A stretch of 61,542 nucleotides of DNA, counting the filler, from Dirinaria sp. TL-2023a (taxonomy: Eukaryota): assembly GCA_051941275.1 (NCBI GenBank). It is 13 parts of 13 records of this genome, joined end to end, with 100 filler letters (N's around TTAATTAATTAA, not from the genome) between each part and the next. Parts side by side here need not be neighbours in the genome. Positions count along the whole stretch, not along the records: positions 37,993 to 42,629 come from JAVEBF010001809.1; positions 42,730 to 47,362 come from JAVEBF010001810.1; positions 47,463 to 52,092 come from JAVEBF010001811.1; 10 more parts are not named here. One strand, given 5' to 3'. This document shows positions 38,501-51,010 of the stretch, piece by piece. Within the stretch, counting starts at the first letter, position 1. Each line of letters starts with the position of its first letter. The position numbers and the translations under genes are program-made. The notes under the pieces are model-generated. The model worked only from the letters and a program-made list of their open reading frames with translations. It searched no databases and was not told where the DNA came from.

Positions 38501-39535
38501 ATGACTTCGGAGGCAAGGAAATTTAGAATGCAAGACACATGCGATTGATACCAGAATACGTACCCAGAAACACGCAAAAAAATCCGGACTGGCCCTTTGA
38601 AATATTCCGGTAACCATTTCTCAAACAGGCTCTTGATGTGCAACACGTAAAATGATAGCTTGGATAGAGGTAAAGCGGAAGGTTCTCCTCCCCAAAATTC
38701 CCTCTACTTATTCCCTTCTCCGTCTTGCGTAACCCCTAGGTACTGCGTAACAGCATGATACTCGACTAGGTTGTGGCAGTATCATCTATAATGTTCTTTC
38801 AGCCTTGCAAGACTTCGCAAATTCGACTTTCGAATCTTTTCTAAGCTATTCTAATCCTCTATTCTCCCCTGCCCTTTACATAAACTCTCAGCAATCTTTG
38901 TAATGCGACTGCTCGAACGAGATGGCTGATCGGTTAAAGGAGAACTAAACTGCCATCTAGAAATTCTAGAAGTGCGACTTATATCATAATTGATAGATTG
39001 TCCTAAAACGTAGCAGAACCTCGCGCAGCATGTGTCCAAGCTGACCGACGCTATTGCTTGCTATCCGAGAATCTTTCCGGTCGTCGCTAGAAACATTGAA
39101 CGGCAACTATGCCACTAACAGAAAGCAGACCTGAGAAAGAGCTCTCAAACTGACTCCCAGAACAGATGTAAAATAGTTCTTTCCAAAGCGAGCCTTTTGC
39201 TTTCTGGAGATTATCACAAGCCACAAAGCCTTCGTTGATGCTGAGCAAAGGCCGGTGGAATTGGGCTAAGTGTAGACCTGGAGCAAAATTTAGAGCGGTT
39301 TGCAACCTGGCTGTCCATGATTTGCATGATTTGGGTCCTTCTGTTTTTATTCCTCACTAGCCGCTTCCAAAGCTTTGTTGTTCGGTTTCGGGACATCCAA
39401 TTCAGCTGAGCAGCGTGGGCTTTCATGTTTTCAAGAACTTTGCAATCGGATTTGCAGCCTGACCCGTCAATCCAGCTTTCACTAACCATAGACCTCAATG
39501 CAAAAAGTAATCCTTATTAGAACCTTAACTTGACT

Positions 39536-42500
39536 TCATATGTCGGTCCAGTGCCAGAACAGAGCCGTAACAACCAACGTCTCAATGGTGGAAAGCCAGG
39601 CCCCGATAGCCACACCAGTTTGTTTATCATGCATATAGATGGAAGACAGGCTAGCAATGATGCCACTGAGAAGCAAAGCAATGGTGTAGCCACAGACAAA
39701 TAACTTCCAATTTCTGTCTTCGACGATCTCAATCCCCCAGCCCTTCGCCAGCTTTTCCGTGCTGTAGAAGAGCGAGGAATCGGCCAGCTGGGGAAAGCGC
39801 TTGATCCATGTTTCAGCACCGTCTGCAAGATGGGGTTTGTGGAAGTAGTGGCTGAACGTGCGGGTGTCCATTGGTGGTTCGTCCATCGGCACTGGGTCGA
39901 AGACGTATTTGTATGTTTGAGCCTCTTGCGGCTTCGGAAAAGACGGCCGGCTCATGATGCTAGCGGTCGCTGGACTGCCACTGACCACTAATTTGTCTTT
40001 ACGGAACTGTGGCTATGATTAGAACCGTTCAGGATAAAATGAGGTCGCTCATGGACGCCCTAGGCAATCCGAATATTGAACCATAATCAAATCAAAACTA
40101 TAAATCGGAGCAAAAACCGCAAAAGAAAAGTACCGACCTGGACGAATACGCCTCCATTCGGAACTCTCAGAGCAAAGCCGCCAAGGAGTCTAGTACTACT
40201 TCTCCTTCGTATATACTCCTCTTTGATATTTTTAAAAACTGTTTGGTCCGTTTGTGTCCCCCCAACATCGACCTCACCTAGGACATATGTGTCTGGGCTA
40301 GATCGAATGCAGAGCTCAAGCCATTTAGGGGTCCTTGTTGTTTGCTGGGCCATGGTAGTGTTCGGGCTGCTGCTTACTGCGCTCGGGTGAGGCACGATAT
40401 TAGCTTGCTGATTTAAGCCAGAACTTTGGCCTACGCCACCTGCAGACACGGATCCGGCTGGTCGACCTGTCATGTGAGCTTGAGATGGAACAGTTGGTAC
40501 ATTAGGCGCATTTGAAGGATGTCCCTGCGCCGCTGGGCCGCTGATTACTCGTCCCCCAAGCTGAGCAGCGAGCGTTTGTAAAGATCCCTGGCTTTTCTCG
40601 ACGAAATCGCCATACATGAGATCGCCGCAGCTCTACGCATGTTAGCAGAGTCTTATCACCAAGAGATCAAGACGTATGACCCGTGATGACTTGAACACGT
40701 AGCACGAAGGGGTTCGAAACAAGTAGCACTACTTACGCAGGTCCATTCAATCCGGCTGTAGCCTTTCTGAAGTCCTGGTCGCAGAAGTCTATGGATAGAT
40801 GTTAACTTTAGTAGCTTCTGCGACTCACGTAGAAGCATCAAAGCAAGCGAGCTGAGCTCAATCAATGAATTCACAAGCTTGCCACTCTCCGCTTGTACCC
40901 TCTCCTCCTTGCCCTCACCCGTAATCAGAGTTCTCTGATGGTCATCGCCATGTGTCTCCTCTTTTTCTTCGTGAGCTAACGCTTCCTCGACAGTCGTTGC
41001 ATCAGCTTCAAGGTTATAAGTTTCTAGCTCACTTGAGACTCTTTCTTTTCCTTTCCCATGATAATGCTCATCTTTTTGAGGCTGATTCCTCACCTCAGTC
41101 TCTCGAGCTGACGCATCAAGACGCATGGGAACCACTTTTTCCACCAGCTTGTCATTCTTTGCGTCGAGTGATGCTCTTGGCTTCTCGTGCCCGGGCGCTG
41201 ATTGAATAGGCTGACTTTTGTGCTGCTGCTTCTTCTGCTCCGTCGTGTGTGGTTCTTCAACTCTACTAAGCCCGCTAGGCTCCGTTTGTATTGGTTGCCC
41301 CTTATCTTCGTTCTCGCTGAACACGGTACGTTGTCTCATGCTCTGCTGCCTGCGAAATGGTATTTGAGGAGAAACTAATTCAGAAGACCTTCCTTGATCA
41401 AGAGTCTCTTCCTGAATTCCCAGGGACTTTTGAGACGTCAAACCAGTCTCTTGGCCAAAGACAATCTTTTCTATGACTGTCAAGGAGGACTCTTGCTTAG
41501 CAAGGCTAGCGTACATTGGTTTGCTCCTACCGACTGCCCCCTCAAAATGTTTCCGCGCTTTTTTGTCGATAAATTTACTCGTTCCTTCGTATAGGCGATT
41601 GGGAGACGTGGTGACCAATGTAAATTCACACAACCAGAACTTATCATCTTCGGCTAGGGTTGAAAGGCTCGAAAAATGCTCATATTCTAGGTGGTCGGTG
41701 ATTGAAACCACACATATGAGCTCATAAAGCGTCTTGAAAGGCGGATATGTCTTTCGCAGCCAGCCGCGGAGCTCTTCGGACAACTCGAATCTTCCCGACC
41801 CGGGTGTATCGATGAGAGCTATTGTGCAATTCTCTATCGTGATCGAATACGCTTGTACAGCGGGTGGCGCTGGCTAGAATTAGGTTCAAGATTACCTTCT
41901 TCAATGGACATTGAACGTACCATAAAATGAAATTTTGTTAATAGTCACACTACTAGAAGCAAGGATTTGCTGGATAAAGCGAGACTGCCCAGATTCCGCC
42001 GAGCCCATTACCAAAAAGACAATACCATGGTCTCTACAGAAATTTGAGCAGGCATCTTACTGTTTTCGCGGAGCTACCTACATATTTCTTGTATTTGGTG
42101 GCAATCTAAGCCTTGAGATGTGTGCAGCAAGTCTTTCTTGGAGGTTGCTCATCTTTTTCCTATCGTCCGGTATGGGTTGCATTATCTGCGCCGTCTTTAG
42201 TTTCGGTAGCAACTCCAAGAGATCCGTCAGCGTTTCCTTCGAGGCATTCAGTTCGTTTTCGATTGCTTTATCCATGAAAATGGAATTGGAAATGGATAGC
42301 CATATAGAGACACGGGCAATGGACCGAAAGCTCTGAATCTGATCTGCGACATTAGAGACGACGAGAAGAAGATCTTGATCGCCAAGAAGCGGCTTTATAG
42401 TGTGCTCTAACGATCTAATAATGACAAAGATGGGCCATTTTGAGAGTCCCGTTGGAAATTTTGATGTGAGGTTGGCGAGCCTAGATTGAAGCTTAACCAC

Positions 42501-42629
42501 CTTCTCCTTATCTTCCTCGAAAGACGACCATCGTGTCACTGTTAGCTCATGTTCTATCACCTTGATGATTTGGTCCAACGTCCACTCGCAGGGTTCCAAC
42601 AAGTCTTTAACGTCAACTAAGTGATTCGG
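39536..42629 (-). CDS. Multi-exon hypothetical protein with C-terminal two-TM domain, 5'-truncated (may be more than one gene)
   Basis: Long ORF blocks (375, 176, 150 aa) with splice signals; RIEWTC|xCGDLMYGDF and GWGIEIVE followed by two hydrophobic helices. Confidence 0.6.
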
Positions 42630-42729
42630 NNNNNNNNNNNNNNNNNNNNNNNNNNNNNNNNNNNNNNNNNNNNTTAATTAATTAANNNNNNNNNNNNNNN
42701 NNNNNNNNNNNNNNNNNNNNNNNNNNNNN

Positions 42730-43780
42730 GATCTTTGATTTGATCGATTTTAATTTTTCGATTTATCGTCTAGACTCGTCGACTTCGAAGCGACGATACG
42801 TTCTGAGCGATTCTTAGATTTTTGTTCTTCGAACTTGTCAATGCTTCGATGATTCTCATTCGTGATGTGCTGACGCTTCATAGTTCTCTTCATCATGATC
42901 GTCTGAGTCAATATTTCTTCTCTAGTTTTAAGCACAGTACTCGTGCTAAAAAGCTTAGTCTTAAGATCTGACTTAAGCTTCGCTAAAAAAATATTCGCTC
43001 GATGCTTCTCGAAAAACGCAGACAAATGACTCTTCAGATCTTTCAGATATGTTTTAAAAACAGTTATTTTTTGATCGTTTCGCTGTCGAGCCGACTCTCA
43101 GCGCTCGTACGCAACGAGTCGACGAGTCGTCGAATACGCGACAAAATCTAAAAGAAAGATTTCGAACTGCTTATAAGTAAAGCTGTCAATGTCGATATCA
43201 TTTTTAGTGATCTGATATCACTGAGTGACAGCGTCATCTTTTAACGATTGCATACAAAAAACGATCTTGATGCGATCATTTGAAAAATACTTCGAACTCA
43301 TCAGATATCTAACTTTCGCGTCTCTAAATCATTTAGTATGCTCGCTCTGACTCTCTTCTTTGTAGAGACGCATTTTCTCTGATTTAATGCTTTTGTCTCT
43401 AACAGAGAGAGGCGCAGTCGACTCGACGAATTCAGACAAGAGATCGTTATTTAACTGACGATTCTCTTCTTTCAGATCTCGCAATCGTTGTTGATTTCGT
43501 AACAGCTAATTTTGAGATTTCAAGTCATGAATGCGTTGAGCGAGCTCATCTCGTAAGATATTCGAGCTGTGATTTGACTCAGCGTCGTTTGATAAAGTCG
43601 CGGCGACGAAGAGCGAGCGATCGTTCGAAACGACTTCAAAATCGTCTTTCGATTGTTGAGACTCTGACACTTCACGCGAGAACGTCATCATTATTACACT
43701 TCGAGCCTTTCTCTTCAAAAGATTGAAGTGATTAGAACTGTAAGATCGTATGCGTCGATTACTCGTCGACGCAGTACTTG
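42730..43780 (-). mobile_element. Degenerate Ty3/Gypsy gag and leader
   Basis: Minus-strand frame LYKEESQSEHTK*FRDAKVRYLMSSKYFSNDRIKIVFCMQSLKDDAVTQ*Y resembles retrotransposon Gag; lies directly inside an LTR; TGA stops at Trp positions. Confidence 0.75.
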
Positions 43781-44150
43781 TGTGAAAGACGTGACAGTGT
43801 AATAGATTATATGACTATCTGATACTATAGTTTCTGCTAGAACTAATCACTAAGAATCTTTCTCGAAAGAGTGAGTGATTCTTTATACTTAATCGCGAGC
43901 GTTAACATTGTCTCATCGTGACGAGCCCCGCGCTGACGAATCACGAGCGCTCGTAGACACAATGCTCTATAAACGTCAATCGCTCACTGACTTCTAGTTA
44001 GTCTCGAAATTCAACCTTTCGACGCTGACTTCTAGACGACGCTAGCCATGCTTCAGACCTCGAAGGATTGCCTCTGGGCACCCTCGGCTGCCAAGCGGCG
44101 CTAGTCTGCATTGATCAATATATACCAATGTATCAGGTATCACTGTTACA
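43781..44150 (-). repeat. LTR copy A (370 bp, TG...CA), 5' LTR of a minus-strand element
   Basis: TGTGAAAGACGTG...CTAGTCTGCATTGATCAA...CTGTTACA, homologous at both ends to 44930-45318. Confidence 0.8.
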
Positions 44151-44929
44151 TCGAGCGTCTTGCAACGTGTGATAGATCACAATGACATATATATCTTCTC
44201 TCTCATTTATAATTCTCTCGATTCATTTTCGAGTCTTCGAAAACTACACGGCATCACGAAGTTATTGCTCAGAATTTTTCAGATGATAAGTTTTGACTTG
44301 ATCAGCTGTAACTCGTATGAACGCGCTAAAACGCTTCGAGAAAAAGAAAGAAAGAAAAAACGTGAACTGAGATGTTAAATTTCGATTAATGATACTTCGA
44401 TAAGTGCTTTCGTACTGAATTTGAACTTTCGTCTTTCGAGTCTCGATTGTCACGAATCAGCAGCTCAAATCAAAAATCTTGATGATCAAGATACGCTCAC
44501 AGTTGAAGAAGCTTCGCTGTTGCGAGATTCAATTGCTTGATACGATCGTATAAAATTGTTCATGTCGTTTGCACGTTGTCATTCGCATAATCACGCATTC
44601 GAGACATCTTTGTCTAAAATGCGAATCATGATGTCTCGTACAATCTAAAATAACTTTGACAACTCGTCTCGATTTGTTGCATGTATCGATCGATCTAAAC
44701 GATGATTAACGAAAGTTCTCTCAATCTGATCACGAGACTGTTCATTTCTGCGTATCTCTTATGTCGTCGATCTCTGTATCTCTTGCAAATGTCGCAAGAC
44801 TTTGCACAAACGTATCTCGACTGTTGTCGTTTAGTCATAGAATCACACTATATCTCTTCTGATATTTGCGAGCATATGCGATAACTAATTGTAAGATCGT
44901 ACTGATCTGCTACATACTGACCCGTACTA

Positions 44930-45318
44930 TGTGAAAGACGTGGTAGTGTAATAGATTGGCTTGCTATCTAGTACTATAGTTCTTGCTAGAACTAATCACT
45001 AAGAATCTCAAGAAAGAGTGAGTGGTCTGCTATACATAACTGCGACTTCTAACATCATTCCGCTATCATGTCTCATCATGATCATCTGATGCTAGATAAT
45101 AGAGAGTCAGCAGATATAGTATCTTACAAGCGCTGACTTTTCACTGACGCTTGTGTAGACTAAAAAGCTTGATCTTCGAAAGCTGACGATTCGAAAACGC
45201 ATGTATAATTTTTATACACATGACGTCTATTTATGACTATGATTCTTGATAATCGACGCTCAGTCGACGCTAGTCTGCATTGATCAACATATATCAATAT
45301 CAATATATCGCTGTTACA
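44930..45318 (-). repeat. LTR copy B (389 bp), diverged relative of LTR A
   Basis: Shares termini and the blocks GCTAGAACTAATCACTAAGAATCT and CTAGTCTGCATTGATCAA with LTR A; central part diverged. Confidence 0.8.
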
Positions 45319-46033
45319 TTTGTTTTCTTTTCTGAGCACTGATCTTTAGTGCATTTGCGACTTATTTGAAACTCATTAAAAATCTCTCAACTCAGTAGAA
45401 ATGAAGAAGAAAAAGAGTTCCCTGACGCATTCTAATACGGCGTCTCCTTTCAGCCGATAAATCTCAAAAACTCATAGAGACAAAAATAAACATCTGTCAG
45501 ATAAATAGTTTCGAATAATGTTTGTAAACATATCTTCGTCGCGTGAAAAAGATCTTCATGACGTTGATATCGTGTAGATTTGTATTGTAGATAAACAAAC
45601 CCATCTTGTAGCCATGATGAATAAAATCAGCGCGCACCGACGCTAAGACGGCTAATGAGTAAACAATCATCATATATGTGTTTATTTTTCTGTTTCTTCT
45701 TCTTCTCCTTTTCTTTTCTCTTTACCCTGTCCCCAAAGCACTTTTGATAAGTACTCCTCTTCAAGCACTGATATTAGATCTATTAACAGCGTTCTCCTTT
45801 GAGGACATCACAATCATCATCTGTAAGTATTGTTTTGTCCCAATTTGAGGGTGAGGAGAGGTGCGTTGCTGACGCCGATTGCGAGTCAGCGCTCATCAAC
45901 ATCATCATCAACATCATCACATCTCTCTCTGCTCTCTTTTTTTTTTTTTTTGTTTGAAGATGACGGCCCTTCGGCCAATTTGTAAGCGCTGACGCCCCTG
46001 CGGCGCGAGATCGGGATGCTAACAAATTATAAG

Positions 46034-46648
46034 GGAGGAAGACCTTTCGTGCACCGCGTGCTTGAGGAGACGCGACTGCATTCGAGACGTTGGTCCGTGC
46101 GATTGATGCAAGAAGCACCGCCATGATCAACGTCGATGTATCGACGTAAGTTTCCTCTGCGCTGACTGTACAGCGGCGCGTCTATCGCGCTGACTCAGCA
46201 GCGGCGCACGTCTTCTTCGCTTGAAATTTCGCGCTAACGAAAATAGTTTATCGCAGATCATCGCTTCGAGATGAAAGTCTGTCTGCGTCTGCTTGCCTTC
46301 TGGGAGGCGAATCTCACCCGAGCGCTCCGACGAAGAGCCGATCAGCGGATGAAGCAGATTCGTAAGCTGTCTCGTCAGTGAAGGACGTCTCGTGATCATA
46401 CTTCGGTCACGGCGAATATCAGTTATCATCGTATCCGTCACCTCGAAGATGAGATGAACACGCTGCGGGTGCAGCTGAAAGATGTCGAGGGTCAGCTTGC
46501 TGATGCTCGTAGTCAACTGACTGCGCGGGCTGTCGCGATGTGGGAGGACGAGGAGGAGGACGATGAGGAGAAGAGAGAGATGGATGTGCTCTTCGGCTCT
46601 GCGGAGACGAAGTCGGGGGGGGAAGAAGAGAAAGAGGAGATGGACTGA
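46034..46648 (+). pseudogene. Spliced six-Cys (Zn2Cys6-like) + coiled-coil + acidic-tail pseudogene
   Basis: CTAC-x5-C-x6-CD*C-x9-C; intron 46146-46246 (GTAAGT..GCTAAC..TAG) in frame with ORF 46454-46648; TGA stops at 46104 and 46379. Confidence 0.55.
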
Positions 46649-47462
46649 GGCCCTCTCGAGGGCGAGAAGGAGGAAGAAAAGATGGAGAAGGAGGAATGAG
46701 AAGGATTCGTCGACGAATCGGCGAAGGAGGAAGAGGTGAAGGAGGATTCGAAGATGGTGGCGAAGCGAACGCGCAGCTTTCTGATTCGACAGACCGAGAA
46801 GCGTGCGCGTCGCGCTCGTCATCGGGAGAGAAAGAGAAAGAGAGAGAAGACGGCGGCGGCGGAGATGAGCAGCAGAGATCTCTTGCTGTTCACATCGTAG
46901 CTGCCTCGCGGCGACTACGATGAGGTCGACGTGAGTCGCTCTTTTCTGCTCACACGAGTTGAGTACTCTCTTCTTTTGAGAGTCATTATCTTTTCTGCTC
47001 TGTGTGTTTTTTTTTTCTTCTTTATTAAGGAGTAGTTTAATTATTTTTTCTTCTTTTTGATCTGCGCTGATTTTGCGTCGACTCGTCTCTGCGCTTGCTC
47101 GACGACGACGCAGACTTTCTCTGCTTCTCATTGATCTGCTCGTGCATATTATACTCGTCTCGTAACTGAGACGCAGTATTAAATTTCTTTTTCGAAAGTC
47201 ACTGATTATACTCATCGTCTCAATCTGCTCATTTCATCTTGTATCAAATTTCGTTCTGATTGTGAATTTTATTCACAATTTGTTTCATTTCTCACATTTT
47301 CTCGTTCTCAATGAGCTCTGAAAGAATGCTCGTTTCCATCCCTACAGTAGCAGTACTTTAACNNNNNNNNNNNNNNNNNNNNNNNNNNNNNNNNNNNNNN
47401 NNNNNNTTAATTAATTAANNNNNNNNNNNNNNNNNNNNNNNNNNNNNNNNNNNNNNNNNNNN

Positions 47463-49262
47463 CTGTTTAGACTCAAAGAACAAGACATATTCAAAAAGAA
47501 AAAGATTGAGATTTTAGAATTCTTGTACGAAAATTTCGTTCACGTATGTCACGAGAACACTGTCGTCATAACAGAAGAGTATAGTCAATGAGTTTATAAC
47601 GTCACGCTCGTGAAGATGAAGAACGAATTTAAGAATCGATTGAGACAGACATACGAAGAGAATCGTCATTGAAAAAAGATAATGAATCTCGTCAAAAATG
47701 ACTCAAGCGATGACTCTCAAAACGATGATCACGATCGTGATATTAAGTTTAAAATGCAAAATGATCTGCTATATTACGTATCTGATCAAGAACATCTACG
47801 TCTATGCATACTCGAGATCATGAAGCAGAAGATTTTTGAGATAACTCACGATCAAACTCATCACGAGAGTTTTCATCGTACATACGATCGTATTGCTTCG
47901 TCAATCTATATACGATAGTTTATCAAACGGCTCAGAAATTACATCACTCATTGCTCAAATTGTCAATTGAATCAGACTAAAAGACACTCAATTTATGACG
48001 AGTTAAATTCTATCGTCACGTCTTCAATCTCTTTTCACATCGTAGCGATGAACTGAATCGTTGATCTTCTCATCTTCAAGGACGAATTCGATATCATGTT
48101 GACGATAATCGATAAGTTCACTAAAAGAATCTTATTGCTATCAGAAAAAGACATCTGAGATACACTCAAATGGGTCTCGATCATAGTCATCGCGTTAATT
48201 GACCATGACTGAGACGTACCTCGATCGATAATTAACGACAGAGATCCGAAGTTTATGTTCGATTTTTGGACGACGGTATTCAAGAAAATGAGCGTTAAGA
48301 TGTTGACATCGACAGCTCATCACTCACAGACAGATGAACAATCAGAGAGAACGAATCAGATTATTGAGATAGCTCTTAGATTTCATCTTACAGCGCACTC
48401 AGAAGACGATTGATCAGAAGTTCTTTCGTATTTACAAGCAGAGTTCAATAACGTGACTCATGTCATCACTGACTTCGCTTCAAATGAGCTTGCATACGAC
48501 TTCAAAGTTCACGATGCTTTAAGTCTCTTGTCGAATTTGTCAGTCGAAAAGTTCGATCGTTTACGTCAAATCAAACGCGAAGATACAGACGTCGTCATGA
48601 CGTTCGCGAGCGCAATAAATAAAACTCGTTACGACAGACTTCACAAGAGCATAGCAAGTATGATACAATCGAGTACTATGATTTATCTACGATTTTATCA
48701 GAGCTATACGATTCTCGAGCTAGCAAACAGAAAACTGTCGCAGCAGCGAGTCGAATCATTCAAGATTCTCGAAGCAGTCGAAAAAGAACGTCAGACTTTT
48801 CGTCTAAAACTATCTTCAATAATGAAAATACATTCAGTCATCTTCATAACGCAACTTGAGCTCGTTGTCAAAGATAAAGACTCGTATAACAGATTTACGA
48901 ATGACAATGTCGAAGTCGTAGTCGACAAGTACATCGACACTGAAGCGTCGTCGTACGAGATAGAACGTCTTTTAGTCAAACGAATTATCAGAGACAAGCT
49001 CTACTATTTGATCAAATGAAAAAGGATTGATAACGAACATAATATCTGATATTCTATCAGCGATTTGAAAAATGCGATCGAACTAGTAGCTGATTATGAA
49101 CATCGTCTGATCAATAAATCAAACGAAGAAAAACAGTTGCTACTCAAACGTCGCTCAGAACGTTCGGTCAATAAGAATAATCAGTCGATCAGCAAACGAA
49201 ATGAGAACAATCAGTTAGTATTCAAACGTCGCTCAAAGCGCTCGCGAAAGCAGATGTCATGA
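47463..49262 (+). mobile_element. Degenerate Ty3/Gypsy (chromovirus) pol: integrase and chromodomain
   Basis: HHCC finger (HDQTHH...CSNC), MN*IVDL, IINDRDPKF, HSQTDEQSERTNQ, KIHSVI, chromodomain YEIERLL...YLIK*. Confidence 0.92.
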
Positions 49263-49536
49263 CAATCTCATAACATCGTTCGCAATGACGTTAAACTAAT
49301 TATCTTGCATCTTATTGACATTATTTAGCGAGGCCAATTGAGACTCGCAGTCAACTTCACTTTAGTATGCGGCAAAACCTCATCTTATTGATCAATACAG
49401 CATTTCTTCAGCCAAGTTCGAGCGCATTTTGTGTGTAAGCAAGCTGAATCAAGACTATTTTTGACTATTCAGCATACTAGTTAGAACGCGATCTCTGAAG
49501 TTAGACGCGTTCACAAATGAATACATTTATCTCATC

Positions 49537-50928
49537 TTGCACTTGAATCTTCTAACTCACATTTCTCTCTCTCTCACATTCTTCTTGTCAGTCATTATCA
49601 TCAATCTCAGCATTCATGAAGATCAAATTGTAGCAGAGAAATCGACTCAAAAGATCGTTCAACGAATCACATCGCGTTCATTCTATCGCTCAAAATTTTC
49701 GTTGCTTTTCAATCTGACACGAGCTGCTGTTTAAGAAAATACGACAGCAAGCACGTCTTACATCACGAAGTCAATCTTTCAAGAAGAAAAGCTCGACGAT
49801 TACGTCTCACGAGAAAATCAGCTGACAGCTGAAAGAATAAGAGCTAGAGAAACAGCGCGAATAAAGCAACTGATTACGTTATATGAACAGTCAATTCTAT
49901 CAGTCGCGAATGATTCTGTATCAGTAATTGACATCTTTACGTTACAAAATTTCATCGACATGACCCTCAAGAAGAAGCAGAACGATGCATCGAACCTTTA
50001 CATATTCGATGAGAACGTTTCTCATCACACTACACAAATGAACTTTAGCGAATTCGTTTCTTTATCAGAAAACGTCGTTCTGAGCGACGCGTGATTGTTT
50101 CACGCACGAATGATACAGCTCAGAAAACGATTCAAGCTATTTTCAGAGAGTTTCAATTCTCATGACGAGATTAGACAAAACGCACATGGCCACGAAAAAA
50201 CAATTTTAATATCGAACGAAGAAGGACGTTTGCGATATCTCATAATTATGAGAAACATTCAGCTATTAGAGCAAAAAGGGATCGAGGATGACGTATATCT
50301 GATCAGAAAAAAGGTCAAAACAGATCTTAGCAGTCGTTACAAACTAGACGACATCGTCTCACAGTCTAAGGAGATCTCAATGTCAAAGGTCACAATGTCA
50401 TTCAAACGAAAGCAACCTACTCTCGAATCAGAACGGGTCCCCTTCGAATCGTCACAAGCAGCTTCGTCAGTACTCTCAGAAACGACTGCGAACACTATCA
50501 TCTCGTTAACGAAGAAAGTCAAACTTGTCAGTCTCAAAATCATCATTACTCTGACATCGAAAAAGACAGACATCGTCATACTTGATGACGACTTGTCTGA
50601 GCTTTCAGTCTCGAAACCCAAACTCACATTTAGTCAACTGAAAGGAATGCGAGCAATCTTTCAGAGAGCAAGAGATCATGCTCAAGAGAATAAGATCAAT
50701 CTTTTGACCATTTTTCACGCAGCAGACGCGCTTCAGACTAATCTCAGCGTCGAAACGACTCTTCGAATGATCGAGCAATTAAGAGACAGATACGTCGATG
50801 AAAGAAGCATGATGACACATGAAAAGAAAACTGAAAGGGAATACGAATGATACGATCTACTTTGAATCGATAAGAACATCGACGAAGTCATCAAGTTCGG
50901 AGCTAGAATGATAAATCAAAGGGACTAG
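49537..50928 (+). pseudogene. Additional degenerate ORF 3' of pol inside the Gypsy element
   Basis: One frame of ~460 codons broken by only a few stops (49732, 50092, 50848, ~50863); same CC/GG depletion as pol; ends just before a PPT/LTR-like junction. Confidence 0.55.
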
Positions 50929-50930
50929 AA

Positions 50931-51010
50931 GCGACGAGAACGTCGCTTTTTCTTTTGTGGGTGACAGTTGTTAGGGTTCTAGACCCTGAGGCCGGCTTGG
51001 CGGCCTCATT
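50931..51010 (+). repeat. Putative PPT region and start of 3' LTR (TGTTAGGG at 50969)
   Basis: Hairpin GCGACG-agaa-CGTCGC, T-tract, degraded G-rich tract, then TG; LTR end not determinable. Confidence 0.45.

Noticed and set aside
46127..47215. 362-aa minus-strand ORF
   Set aside because: Low-complexity antisense shadow of purine-rich, hypermutated sequence; no domain.
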